A stretch of 64,000 nucleotides of DNA from Squalus acanthias (taxonomy: Eukaryota). This document shows, one piece after another, positions 48,027 to 61,619 of the stretch (positions are counted from its first letter, which is position 1; each line of letters opens with the position of its first letter). The stretch is taken from contig CM059432.1 of the NCBI GenBank assembly GCA_030390025.1, positions 132,248,001-132,312,000 of the forward strand, given 5' to 3'. The translations under genes were made by a program, and so were the position numbers. Below the pieces are notes generated by a model. It was not told the origin of the DNA, searched no databases, and saw only the letters and a list, made by a program, of their open reading frames with translations.

Positions 48027-48846
48027 GGTCTAACCAGAGCACTGTACCGCTTGATCGGGACTTCCTCGGACTTATATTCAGCTGTACTGACTATGCAGTT
48101 CAACATTCTAATGTCCCAGGTTTGATCGCGAGTTTGTCTTCTTCTTCTTCGGCAGTCCCTCGGAACCGAGGATGACTTGCTTCCACACTAAAAATGAGTT
48201 CTCAGGAGACTGATGAGTCCAAAGCGGGACCTACAGTCTCTGTCACAGGTGGGGCAGACGATGGTTGAAGGGGCGGGTGGGTGGGGTGCTTGGGTTGACG
48301 TGCGCTCCTTGCGCTGCCTGCGCTTGGCTTCTGCTTGCTCCCGGTGAAGAGACTCGAGGTGTTCGGCGCCTTCCCGGATGCTTCTCCTCCACTTTGTGCG
48401 GTTTTGGGCTAGGGATTCCCAGGTGTCGGTGCACTTTTTCAAGGAGGCTTTGAGGGTGTCCTTGAAGCGTTTCCTCTGCCCACCTGGGGCTCTCTTGCCG
48501 TGTCGGAGCTCCGAGTAGAGCGCTTGTTTTGGGAGTCTCGTATTGGGCATGCGGACAATGTGACCCGTCCATCGGAGCTGATCGAGCGTGGTCAAAGCTT
48601 CGATGCTGGGGATGTTGGCCTGAGCAAGAACACTGACGTTGGTGCGCCTATCCTGCCAATGGATTTGCAGGATCTTGCGGAGGCAGCATTGGTGGTACCT
48701 CTCCAGTGCTTTGAGGTGCCTGCTGTTCATGGTCTGGTCTAACCAGAGCACCGTACCGCTTGATCGGGAGTTCCTCGAACTTATATTCAGCTGTACTGAC
48801 TATGCAGTTCAACATTCTAATGTCCCAGATTTGATCGCGAGTTTGT
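48027..48846. repeat. 111-bp direct repeats (48027-48137 and 48736-48846) flanking the RTE
   Basis: Four mismatches between the copies; they abut both ends of the insertion. Confidence 0.92.
48138..48735 (-). mobile_element. RTE/BovB-like LINE, 5'-truncated
   Basis: LERYHQCCLRKILQIHWQDRRTN...LRWTGHIVRMPNTRLPKQALYSEL; C-terminal CPTC..H..H-type finger (degenerate); (gaa)n tail. Confidence 0.92.
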
Positions 48847-49070
48847 GTAGAGCTAGCAGCTCTCAGCTGTGGTAGCCATGGGGATGTTACAGTGGTCCCT
48901 GGCTGGGGAGCAAAACAAGACCAAAAAAAAAAAAATCATGGTTTCTGCTCCTGATTGCTCTTCAGTGCCCAATGGCATAGGTAAAAAGAAATGCATTTTG
49001 TTACTGGCCAGTCACCAAAGGTATTAATGCAAGGCAACTATTAACAAAGATAATCCAAGTACATCTTAAA

Positions 49071-49207
49071 CAAAAGCAAAATACTGCGGATGACAGAAAT
49101 CTGAAATAGAAACAGAAAATGCTGGAAACACTCAGCAGGTCAGGCAGCATCTGTGGAGAGAGAAACAGAGTTAACGTTTCAGGTCGATGACCTTTCCTCA
49201 GAACTTT
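49071..49207 (-). mobile_element. 137-bp solo Penelope pLTR unit with 14-bp TSD
   Basis: aagtacatcttaaa at 49057-49070 and 49208-49221. Confidence 0.9.
49169..49205 (-). ncRNA. Intact minimal hammerhead ribozyme motif
   Basis: agtt-CTGAGGA-a-aggtc(atc)gacct-GAAA-cgt-t-aact. Confidence 0.75.
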
Positions 49208-49802
49208 AAGTACATCTTAAAAGTTGTTTAATAAGTTAAAATAACTCAGTATAACTCATTGGTAAGGGCACATTTGGAATATTGCATGAAATTTGGGAGC
49301 TTCACCTTCCTTAAGACATTAGAGAGAATTCGGAGAAAACTATGCCTCTTTTCTTGCCAACCTCATGTGGTTAGCGCTTACATTAAAGGGAGGAACATTT
49401 ATTCTCGAGTGAAGCCATTCTGGAGTTATTCTGTTCTAGCATCTTGGCAAGGACATTTCGCCATCCCCCAAGTCATTGAAGGACAAATTATAACTAACCA
49501 AAGCATACATTATTTTAAAAAAACTACCCCAAAGTTTATGGACTTCATGTTTAGCAGCTTTGCCTCTAATGATCTCTTAAAAGGAAAATACTGTGCGGCC
49601 ATTTTCTGTCCCTTGGGGTGATGTAACTAATGTGAACGGTATACACAAAAAATGTACAGCAACGTAAAACTGGAAATCTGATTATCAATAATCCTTCATC
49701 AGTGTCAATTCAGTCACTTATGAAATAAAATGGCAAAAAGCATACCCACGGACAAGTGAAAGAAGTCTTAACAGGACCTTTACACTTAGCTGTTATTGTG
49801 AT

Positions 49803-50331
49803 ACGCTCTCCTGGCCGGCCGCCCACGTTCTACCCTCTGTAAACTTGAGGTCATCCAAAACTCGGCTGCCCATGTCCTAACTCGCACCAAGTCCCGTTCA
49901 CCCATCACCCCTGTGCTCGCTGACCTACATTGGCTCCCGGTTAAGCAACGCCTCGATTTTAAAATTCTCACCCTATCTCTGTAACCTCCTCCAGCCCTAC
50001 AACCCCCTGAGATATCTGCGCTCCTCTAATTCTGGCCTCTTGCGCATCCCCGATTTTAATCGCTCCACCATTGGTGGCCGTGCCTTCAGCTGCCTGGGTC
50101 CAAAGCTCTGGAATTCTCTCCCTAAACCTCTCCGCCTCTCTACCTCTCTTTCCTCCTTTAAGACGCTCTTTAAAACCGACCTCTTTGACCAAGCTTCTGA
50201 TTATCTGCCCTAATATCTCCTTATGTGGCTCGGTGTCAAATTTTGTTTGATTAAAGCTCCTGTGAAGCGCTTTGGGATGTTTTACTACGTTAAAGGCGCT
50301 ATATAAATACAAGTTGTTGTTGCTGTTGTTG
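49803..50331 (+). mobile_element. L2-like LINE 3' portion
   Basis: Family match; (ttg)n tail. Confidence 0.9.
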
Positions 50332-51001
50332 AAACCAATTCCAACAGCAATGAGGGGGAGCCAGAACAACACAGTAAATGCACACTAATGAGTTGCTTAA
50401 TAGTAGCTGGGCATTGCACCAGGCTGTAGTTAATAGGTATGTGTAGCAACAATGATCTTGTCAGACTGTATTTAAAAAAGTTAATACCGAGCCACAGAAA
50501 CTTCAGTAACTCCCGTCTCAGCCCACACTCATTTAGCAAAGGGCTGTTTAATAAACTACACTGTTTGGTTCCGCTTTAATTAAATGGAAAAAATGCTCCG
50601 TGGGTGGATCACGAAGCAAAAAACATCTGCATGGTGATCAGCGCGAGATCATTTATCAGTGACCAGATATTATTGCCTCATAAATTCTCCCTTCACAGTG
50701 TTATCACATCAAGAACTTAATGAAACAAAGCCCTGCTCATTGTGGTTTTTATTTCTCTGATTACCTGCCTTAGATATAACTCAATATTGTTGGGGTTCCA
50801 AATTACGACCTGGGCTTTTCTGCACATCTAAGGTGAACCTCGAGCAGGTGGGCAGATGTGCGCCCCACTGACCTGATGTGTTTCCTGGAGTCTGGGAGAT
50901 CCGTCAGACACTGGACAGGAGTGCAGGGCGGGGGGAATTCATGACTGGAGTCACAGTTCAAAGACTGAAAGCAGAAGAGCAACAGCAGCCGAAGGAGCTG
51001 G

Positions 51002-51240
51002 ATGGAGAAGGCGGCCGGCCAAAAGGGAGGAGGGAGAAGGTGTGTGAATTTCGCTGAGGGAGAGCTGGAGGTATTGCTGGCGGAAGTAAGTAGAAGAAGA
51101 GAGATGTTTGTACGGAAGATGGAGGAGGTAAGCAATTCAGTTGGTGGCAGTAGCAAAAGTGGTGTGAGGCGGCAGTTAGTGTCATGTCCTTCAACCCTCG
51201 CCCGGTGTTAATGACCTGACATGGATGGGCAAGGTAAGTC
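51002..51240 (+). pseudogene. Myb/SANT-like (Harbinger accessory) exon remnant
   Basis: RRCVNFAEGELEVLLAEVSRRREMF; downstream ttaatgacctgaca (FNDLT-like) then donor gtaagt. Confidence 0.65.
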
Positions 51241-51853
51241 TTGATAGCTGCTTCTGCTCGGAGATATTTGGACACAAAATGCATGCATTATAGCTGGCAC
51301 ATTAGCACAGAACAACTGAAAGCTGTAAGTCAGTCTTCACCATTCTCACATATGCGTTGGCACCTTCCCTTTACACAGGGACATGCATGCCATTAGTTTC
51401 GTTGGAATGTCCACGAGCTGTAGATACATAGAGGATGCTATTGGTCACTGTTTGAAACACCAAAATGATTCTGGTCACCACAATATCAGCCTGCCCATCG
51501 CTGTCAATTTCTACTTCACTGTACGGTTGTTTTGCCTCGAACAATAATTGCTTTCTTCTATTAGGAGACAAGAGCTCACAATGGCAGAAGCTGGGATTGG
51601 GGGGTGGGGGGTGGGGGGGGGGGGGAATGGGGGTAGCAGACTTTCATTATACTACTGACCCCCACCCCCACATGAAGAGAAAGACATTCAGATCTTGGGG
51701 AGAGACCTGTTGTGGAAAGCATTGATGATGGAGAACTGGGAGGGCCCAGTGGAGGGATAGTCATCCTATTCTGAATTAACAGGCCTGGTCATCGGAAAGT
51801 TCAATAACTAAGGAGCTTACATTGGAATTCTGTGCATTAGTTAACAAAGTGAG

Positions 51854-52449
51854 TGCCTCAGCTCATCTGCTGCTGAAACCCTCATCCATGCCTTTGTTGC
51901 CTCTCAGCTTGACTATTCCAATGGCTGGCCTCCCATCATAAACTTGGGCTCATCCAAAACTCTACTGCCAGTATCCTAACTCGCACCAAGTCCTGTTTAC
52001 TCATCACCCCTGTGCTCGCTGACCTACATTGGCTCCCGGTTAAGCAACGCCTCGATTTCAAAATTCTCATTCTTGTTTTCAAATCCCTCCATGGCCCCAC
52101 CCCTCGCTATCTCTGTAACCTCCTCCAGCCCCACAACCCTCCGAAATCACTTGCTCCTCCAATTCTGGCCTCTTGCACATCCCCGATGTGAATCGCTCCG
52201 CCATTGGCGGCCGTGCCTTAAGCTGCCTAAGCTCAGGAATTCCCTGCCTAAACCTCTCCGCCTCGCTACTTCTCTTTCCTCCTTTAAGGCGCTCCTTAAA
52301 ACCTACCTCTTTGACCAAGCTTTTGGTCACGTCCTAATATCTCCTTATGTGGTTCGGTGTCAAATTTTATCTGATAACGCTCCTGTGAAACGCCTTGGGA
52401 TGTTTTACTACGTTAAAGGCGCTATATAAATACAAGTTGTTGTTGTTGC
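51854..52449 (+). mobile_element. L2-like LINE 3' portion
   Basis: Family match; (ttg)n tail. Confidence 0.9.
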
Positions 52450-55400
52450 TTCTATTCCTTGTGCCCATTAAGTACATTGATTTCGGTCTCGTGCTGCAAT
52501 GCTGTAGGTCACTGAATCACCCAAGAAAATACAGGTGACGAGGCAGAAGAAGAGGATGAGGATAAAGAACAAGGTGGTCCCTCAAAATGACAAATGTCTA
52601 TCAAGCCCTTGATATTCTGCTCCGACAGATCTAATGTAGCACTCACCAACATAGTGCAAAACTTGCGGGCATTTGTAGCTAACTCAAGTCAAGAGATTTC
52701 ATAGGGTGAATCACAGAGCCTTAAATGCCAAGACGAGGGAAGACAAATTCATGAGTGGGGGTTGAAGGATCTGGCAACGTCCACATATGGCTGACTAATC
52801 AGTGGACCCTGATTTCACTGGCCCTGCTTTTAAAAGGAGAATGTTAGTGGAGCATCAAGCTCTGTGGACTACCTCCCATCATGTATAGAAATTGTCAGGG
52901 TAGGTGGGAGAGTCCACTACTGACATGTGCTCTGCTATTAGGGATGGCTTCCAGTCACTGCAGGATACCTTGCGAGGAGCAGCAGTCGCAAGTAGGCCTG
53001 TAGGGGCGGGGTGGGTGCGCCCTGATAGAGAGGGTGCTGTGGCAGTGTGGGTTGCTGTCTGGCCTCTACATTGGCAACCTTGAGTGACTGATGGGAAGTG
53101 AAATCTGTAGGAGTTTCGATTGATTAAAAATTAAAAATTGTACTAGGCCATGGCTTATCTTGACATCTGTTGGACTAGTCAGAGCTGAAAAGGTCCTTGT
53201 TGGTTCCCCAACAACTAGGCAGATGCACAGACAGGACCCTGAAATATGGCTGTCACACTATACTGCCTTAGAATGAAGGTATCATGCAAGCTGCCACAGC
53301 AAAGGCATGACGCAATGTTGGTGAGCACAGACAAGTTGAATGTTGGTGAAGGAGATCCCTTTCTATTCATCAATGATCCCATATTAATAAAAGGGGCTCT
53401 TACAGCAGTGTGGGTCCTATTGAAGGCACCCTGTACTTTCCTGTAGAAGCCAGCAGCCCTCTTGTGCTGTGAATTCAAATCCACTGGCATCTTAATGGGC
53501 TCTACTTCTCTTTTGAATACTGCATCTGTAACACTTTTTGTGTTGCAGATCTGGATACATTCCTAATGTCTATATTTTGCAGCCCTGAAAGATCCAGGCA
53601 CGTAGAAGTTTAGGGCTACTGAGATCCTCACTTCAACTGAGATGGCAGTGGGGTTCCTTGCAATAGGTCTCAGATCCACATTGAGCATTCTACCTACCTC
53701 CTTAACAGTTGCCTTGGGAACCTCAGCCTCTTCAGGCACTGCTCATCTGTGAGGCTTTCAAAACTACTGTCTTTGTACCTCAGGCATGAGATCCTAAATA
53801 GTAACAGAGAAACAGTTTCAGGCAGGAGAAGACCTTCAGTCTACCTAGCCTACCTATTCTCTTTGGTGCGTTTCTAATAACCAATAACCCCATTTGTTGA
53901 CAAGGACCTGTCTAGTTCCTTCTTGAAACTCATTAAGGTTTCTTGTTCCACCAGCCGTATTTCTATGCAGCCACGCCCTTGCCCTCTTCCCTTGAGTCAG
54001 CTCCTCCTTGTCTCTATGGTAGCCAAGAATAAGGGGAACCCTGGGGGAAAGTCATCGTTGATCGCCATGGCTTTTAGGTGGTTTCGCTGGCGGGACGGGA
54101 GAAAGGGGTTGGGTGATAATGAAATGATAATCGATCCTTTATAGTTGATATGCTCAAACTATATTATATCGTGCAGGTAACAGAAATGGACTCACTCAGT
54201 GAAATGAAGTATAAATAACAATAGAGAGACTCAGGACCAATAGCAGGGTTTCATGCGCCAGTATAAACATCTGCCATTCAATGATGAACGCCTCTTTTAC
54301 TTCACTGCTACATTCTGCCGTGCTTTTTCCAGCACTGTGCGATTCTGCATTCCTTCGAATCCCACTTCTGGTTTACTCTAGCACAAGAAGAGATGAAAGA
54401 CCAGGATTATATGTTTAACAGTCACAAAAATGATCCAATATTTGTTGCCATTATCCCATCCTGTAACCTCAGTTAGAAGGTTGCCTGTATAGCTAAAGTA
54501 TTCATATGTAGATGGGAATAACTGCTTTAAAATTATTGTCATTTCAATGTGTAAAATAGATATCCTTCCTTCTTTTAACACCAACACAAATATTAGATCT
54601 TCAACCAAAGAACAGGCTACTCCCTGACTGTCTATTTAAAGTATCTCTATTAACCAGCATTGTCCGATCTGAATAGAAAGCAGCAGTGTGCCTATCTACA
54701 TGAAGGGATCAAAGTCAGACTTGACAAATATAGCTCTGGAAACCATAGTGAATGAGAAGCTGTTCCAATATTTCAACATAACCACCTGCTTTCTGAGCAC
54801 CAAAATGGCTTCAGAACAAATTGTTCAACATGCATTAATCAAAGATGCTCAACCACAAAGAGTTGTGGTCCTCACATTTCTGACATCTTCAATAGAGCAT
54901 GACATCTGATGATTTGCTGAACTAGATACATAACTTCCTCAAAGGATGTAATCATCATGTCATAACTTATCTTCCTATCATAACATCTATACAGAACTCT
55001 CAATGAAGTTTCTTGCTGTTTCCTGCCCTTGCTAATGATCTGTTAATGATGTTCTCTTTGTTGAAAACAGCATTCCCTAGATAAGGTTAAACTCCTATTT
55101 GAAAGACAAGTAGCAGGCAGAATTGGAAAGTGGGTAGACAGTGCTGAACGTCAAGAAAGATGAACCTTCCACCTATTGGCTTCCACCTCTACCTTGCAGG
55201 ATTGTAAACCTGCTTCAGTTACTAATACTGAGCTCTTGATTTGTAAACACAGCTGATGTATACTGGGACAAACACATGGTAAATGTCATGGGAAAAACTG
55301 AAAGGATGGAAATGCTTTATAAAATTCATCCCTATTCAACTGTGTCAGCAGATTCCGAGTACCACAATGCCTAGATTAACCCAGTGATGGAATATTGAAG

Positions 55401-55499
55401 CTTTTCTTGGCAGGCTGCAGAGAAATCCCAACTCTTGTTCCTGGACAGTATAATCCAGTTACATGGACCAGTGGACTTGAGGGAATCCTATTTCCCCCC

Positions 55500-55692
55500 A
55501 CCCCCCAAAACTGTTGAGGCTGGGGGTTCAATTGAAAATTTAAGAACTGAGATTGATAGATTTTTGTTAGGCAAGGGCTTCAAGGGTTACGGAACTAAGC
55601 CAGGGAAATGGAGTTAAGATACAATCAGACACGATCGAAATTGAATGGCGGAACAGGCTCGAGGGGCTGAATGGCCTCCTCCTGTTCCTATT
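55500..55692 (+). mobile_element. CR1 LINE 3' end
   Basis: RTEIDRFLLGKG plus tail. Confidence 0.8.
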
Positions 55693-55983
55693 CCAAGCCA
55701 GTGTCTAACCACTGCAAACACTGAGGAGATGCCAAATGACATCTTTACTGGTCTCCCCATAGCTCAACTCCCTTAGGACTGAATGAACAAAGAGTTGCTA
55801 GCCCTGAAGGAAAACTTCAAAATTTATGGCAGGAACATAAGAGACACTGCAACTGCAGCTCAACATTCTGTATCGATTTCGTGCTTCCTCCCAAAATGAA
55901 CATTCTTCCAGCCAGTCATTGCCTGGAGCTGTTCCCTTTTGTTGCAGTATGTCGTAGGCTGTGGAAAACCTCTTGCCCATTGG

Positions 55984-56297
55984 TACAACCCTCCGAGATC
56001 TCTGCGCTCTGCCAATTCCAGGCCTCTTGTGCATCCCCAACGTTAATCGCTCCACCATTGGCGGCTGTGTCCTTTAGCTGCCTCGGAACTAAGCTCTAGA
56101 ATACCCCCCTAAAACTCTCCGCCTCTCTCTCTCCTCCTTTAAGACGCTCCTTAAAACCTACCTCTTTGACCAAGATTTTGGTCATCTGTCCTAATATCTA
56201 CTTATGTGGCTCGGTGTCAAATCTTGTTTGATAACACTCCTGTGAAGCACCTTGGGACGTTTTACTACATTAAAGGTGCTATATAAATGCAAGTTTT
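55984..56297 (+). mobile_element. L2-like LINE 3' end
   Basis: Family match. Confidence 0.85.
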
Positions 56298-58339
56298 TGG
56301 TACCACAATAAAATTTCTTCCAGTCTTTCCGTGCTCCCAACAACCACCAGGTTTAACTTTATACATCTGGCCTTGTTACCGTTATCTCCAGCTGTACCCT
56401 GCTGTGCCTCCTGATAAGAAGAACTGCATTTATGTATATGCCGAAGTGGTAACAGCGGAGTAATACCAGGAGGGCTAACGTATGTACACGAACAATAATG
56501 TCCCTTTACTGGTTACCACTCTAGTATCAAAGCTCATCATCGTTCTTTCCTCATTTCAGCTCTGTCAGTCTTCGCCCATTAAGCAGAAGGACCCCAAAGT
56601 TTGTCTCATATGTTGTCCCTTCAGTTTTACACTGAATGCACAAAACAGTATTAATTGGCAATTTATTTTTTGCTTGTAATGGTATTCCATATAATTTTTT
56701 CAAAGAGGATTTTGTCCCTTACTTTGGGTTTCATTAGATATGCACCAGCTGAGCATGGGTGTAAGACTTTCACTGAGGTCTCTACTAATGCCGTTACACC
56801 TAGATCCCAAATGACAAGCCCGATAACGTGCCTTGATTTCCTACCATCTTTCCTGGTCTCCCCATAGCTCAACCCCGACAGCTGAACCTGTGGGGGGAAT
56901 TTAATCTAAATCCCTCTACTTCACAGCTTTGTAGGAGTGTTTCAAAGCTCAGGACTGCCCACAATTCCATTAGTTTTATGAACTACCCAGATGTCGGTTT
57001 ACTATGTTTATAACTTTAATGCTGGGGATGTGTTTGTACAAATCTTGCAATGCTCTGAAGATGGTGGCTGCTTCGCTGATGGGACTGCTTAATGTGGCTG
57101 ATAACACTGCCAAAGAAAACAGAGTGTAAAACTATTTAAAGTACAGTTAACTCTTCAAAATATCTCACTGCAATCCACTGTTGGTCTACAGGACCACTGT
57201 GCCTACCTGCAATGCCTTGTATTTATTTATTTTTTGGTTCACAAGGAAGCTAATGGACGGCCTCTGAACCTTATTGCTTCAGTAACTGGAGATCTGTCAG
57301 CTTCTACGTTAAGTGACTGAAATTACAGCTGCTCTCCACAATCAGATCCCTTCCCGTTCCCATCCTCCACTGGACTCAACATTCCACAGATCAAAAACAA
57401 CGTGTGTGGTGTGGGGGGCCCCCAGCTGCCTATTTCTGATAAAAGCCAGTCTTACGGAAAAAAAAAACGGCAGCTTGCTACAGGGACATCTCTTCAGGAT
57501 TTTTATTTAGTGAAAGACAGCAGTCGACTCCTGCAGTACTCTAGTTTATGATACGGGTTAGCATGTGTAATGGATTTCAATATTTATGCAGTAAACAAGA
57601 CCAATGATGCAATTCATTGGCAGCCAATGCGGTAAATGTCACTTAATTGAAAATAGGAAGTATTTACACTGCTACATAGATTAATACTTAATGTTGCCGA
57701 ACAGCAGAAATTTATTCCAGTAATAAGCTCAATGCCACAATAGCAGTTGGCATTTCCAATTCTCTATCGAGGAGTATTGGCCTCTTAATAGGAAAGCATT
57801 TTAAAGTGAAAATGCACACCCGACAATTAATCTGTGAGAATGGAGTTATATTTTTATTTGCATGTCTGTGTTCCAGAAATAAGTACTGCATAATGTTCAA
57901 TTTAACAGAATATTTTGATATGCAATGGTACTGTCTTTTGAAAAGTTACAATGCCAGGTATTCCCACCATGGATTTTGAAGCCTTGCAGGCATAGCTTTA
58001 AATCAAGATACAGAATTCAAGAAAACTCTTCCATCTAATTTACTAGGATTTTAGCTTTCGAAATCAGAATCCCTATCCAAATATAATTCAAAGCAATAAT
58101 CATTTTTGTTGCGCCAGCTGAAAAAAGTTTGTTAATTATTACTATACATTGATACTTTGCCATTTAAGGAATGCTGGTTTGATTTTTACAGTTTTCTAAC
58201 ATCACATTTATGGTGGCAAACAGGAAGTTGAATTGACGAAAAAAAAACAATTTGATTCCAGTTTATAAATATTATAAACATAGAACATTCGGAAGAAACC
58301 TTGCTCACCTTTTTGACTATACTTTTGTTTTTTTTAAAT

Positions 58340-59360
58340 TCGTTCCTAGGATGTGGGCATCGTTGGCAAGGCCAGAATTTATTACCATTCCTATTTGCCC
58401 TTGAGAAAGTGGTGGTGAACAACCTTCTTGAACCGCTGCAGTCCGTGTGGTGAAGGTACTCCCCCAGTGCTGTTAGGGAGGCAGTGCCAGGATTTTGACC
58501 CAGCGACGATGAAGGAATGGCCATATATTTCCAAATCAGGATGTGTAACTTGGAGGGGAACTTGGATGTGATGGTGTTCCCATGCGCCTGCTGCTCTTGG
58601 GTCTAGGTGGTAGAGGGTGTGGGTTTGGGAGGTGCTGCCGAAGAAGCCTTCGCAAGTTGCTACAGTGCATCTTGTAGATGGTACACACTGTAGCCACGGT
58701 TCGCCAGTGGTGGATGGGGTGCCAATCAAGCGGGCTGCTTTGCTGCTTGTCCTGGATGGTGTCGAGCTTCTTGAGTGTTGTTGGAGCTGCACTCATCCAG
58801 GCAAGTGGAGAGTATTCCATCACACTCCTGACTTGTGCCTTGTAGATGGTGGAAAGGCTTTCGGGAGTCAGGAGGTGAGACACTTGCCGCAGAATACCCA
58901 GCCTCTGACCTTGTTGCTACAGTATTTACGTGGCCCCCAGGATGTTGATGGTAATGGCATTGAATGGCAAGGGGAGGTGGTTAGACCCTCGCTTGTTGGA
59001 GATAGTCATTGCCTGGCACTTGTGTCACACGAATGTTACTTGCCATTTATCAGCCCAAGCTTGAATGTCATCCAGGTCTTGCTGCATGTGGGCATGGACT
59101 GCTTCATTATCTGAGGAGTTGCGAATGGAACTGAACACTATCATCAGCGAACATCCCCACTTCTGACCTTATGATTTGGGGGGGGGGGGGGGGGGGGGGG
59201 GGGAGAGGGAGAAGGTCATTGATGAAGCAGCTGAAGATGGTTGGGCCTAGGACACTGCAGTGAGGAACTCCTGCAGCAATGTCCTGAGGCTGAGATAATT
59301 GACCTCTAACAACCACAACCATCTTCTTTTGTGCTAGGTATGACTCCAGCCAGTGGAGAG
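58340..59360 (-). mobile_element. Non-LTR LINE 3' portion (second CR1-group family)
   Basis: GVPHCSVLGPTIFSCFINDL...MFADD; TIYKAQVRSVMEYSPLAW. Confidence 0.88.
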
Positions 59361-59919
59361 TGGATTTTTTTTTTAATTAGTTCTGCAAGTGCAGAGCTCC
59401 CATCAATACTGGTGGATTCATCGCCAGTCAAACTTGCAGTGTCAAATAAACATGGCTGCTCATGGCTCTCCATTTTAGCAGTTTAAGTGATTGTGTCAGA
59501 GAAAAGAGAAGCCTGAGGGTAACAATGAATAATTACAGTGATCGTGTTTTTTTTTAAATATGGAGCACAAACAGGCACACCATGCACGTGAATCATTTAC
59601 ATTGCCATGCGTACAGTGTTTCTCACCATCCTGGAGCTCCATTTTACTATGCCGAGAGGAGCTCAATTGTAGGAGAAAAGGAGAAACATTTGCAGGGATA
59701 TGGGGAAAGAGCAGGGGAGTGGGCCTAACTGGATTGCTCTTCAAAAGAGCCAGCACAGACGCAATGGGCCAAATAACCTCCTTCTGTGCTGTACTATTCT
59801 ATAACTAGGATGCAAAACCAACTCCCTCCCAGAGAGAAGTAAATGTTTTGGCACCAATAAATGCCCTAAGGTTTCACATAACACAGATGAGTTGATGTTA
59901 TACATACACACGTATGTAT

Positions 59920-61619
59920 GTATAACAATCTATACATATATTTATTCATTTTACATCTTATTTACAAGCACATAAACTCAAAAACAAATTAAGCTGCTTA
60001 TTCTAATGGGCTGTAACACAATTAAAGGGGCCTATATTTCATTTGTCTGCTCTGAGCACAAGAAATATTTCATCTCAAGTTAAAAAAAGAGTCAGATTAT
60101 AAAAGAACTGGTTGTGTTAGATTGCAAGCACATCCTTTCACAGTTGTTTCAAAGCTGCAAAGGATCTTAACTCTCAAGTGGCACAGACACAAGCCAGTCT
60201 GAATGAGAATGTCTGGAATATCACCAGTGCGATACACTCGTTATTCTATGTCTAAATCTCCTAGAATTGTTAATAGGTCTCAAAAAAGATTCTCCAAAAC
60301 TGTACTTTGTCCACATCTGGATTAGGGTAGCTTGGTTGCCACACTTGTGAACTGAACCACAGCCAACTTTCAGGCAGCTAAATTAACTTATAATGTAACT
60401 GGTTACGAGTTTCTCTTACATACAGTATCATAGAACAGAAAGAAAATGCCGTACAGCAGGAACCTTCCCATCCAGTTGTAAGAAAGCGTCACTGAAAACG
60501 ATTACACTCAAAAGGACTGCCACTACACATTTGTAATAAAATCTTGGAAATACGCAGCAGTGTCTGAAAGAACTTTCACCTGTTCGGAGTGAGGGCTGTG
60601 GCATTCCCAGTCTTGCTCTCATCAGACTTTTTCTCCATATAAAATATGGCCTAATTACTTGAAGTAATGTATTGATGATGCAGACAGGAAATAAAACCTG
60701 ATGTTGAGACATTTTGAAGAGCTCTATAAACTAGACAAGAGAACAAGGGCTCTCTCCCACCCCAATAAATAAAGTAAAATAATGCCAAACCTTTCGCTTT
60801 CATCTTGAGTTACACAATAGTGAGCTACTAAAACTCCAAGTGACTCTATGCTGGTGGTGTTTTTACTCCGGGTACCAGCGAGTGATTGATGAAGCTGTCA
60901 AAACACTGTGGTAGATGAAAAACTTGGCTGTGGCTCAATGTTATCAAAACTAATCTAAAATATTTATTCCATCTGCTCCAGTACTTTAATCACAATTTCA
61001 ACAGGCTGCCAAGAATGTGGCTTGACAATAAGCCATAAATTCACACAGGCACTCCTTCATTAAGCGCTTATTTTCACTCAGATACTCGTGTTCCGGAAAT
61101 GAGGATGGCATCAAGTTTAGTTTAACATTTAACTTAAACACTTTGACGTGCAAACCATTCTAAAGCAGCATTCAACATACTACAAGCTTTAAACAAAAAA
61201 TCGCTTTTCAATTTTTGACTTATCATTCCTAGCCACCCACATATTAACAGTCACTGCACTTCAATAATAATTGTGAAGCACTTCGAGATGGTGGTGATAA
61301 GGCTTTTATAGAAATATTATCGTACAGTTTTTTGCTCAGATAGTTTGTAAATATTTACAAGTCTGCTTGTATCTTGATGGAACATTCTCTACATATTCTC
61401 TTCTGTTGAAACAGTCACTGTAAACATAACAAAAGTCAGTAATGCAGTCATTAAAACGCATTCTTAAACTATTTGAAGAATGGAATTATTTTAATGCATT
61501 TCCCCCCCCCCCCCCCCCACACCACCCTTGCAGCTTTAGAAGGCGTCGACCATCATCACATTCAAAAAGCCTTGGTCAGGAAACAGCACAGGTCGAGAAC
61601 GGCGTTGTGACACAGCTAC
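59920..61619 (-). other. BLOC1S5: Probable BLOC1S5 3' UTR
   Basis: AT-rich, essentially transposon-free 1.7 kb directly after the stop codon. Confidence 0.5.
59941..59946 (-). promoter_or_regulatory. Candidate distal poly(A) signal of BLOC1S5
   Basis: AATAAA on minus at the end of a repeat-free stretch; an alternative AATAAA lies at 60963-60968. Confidence 0.5.

Noticed and set aside
54060..54110. TXNDC5-like WFRWRDGRK peptide
   Set aside because: Only a short chance resemblance; I found no WCGHC thioredoxin motif in the window
60428..60712. 94-aa ORF downstream of BLOC1S5
   Set aside because: No recognisable motif; lies in the probable 3' UTR and is of chance length
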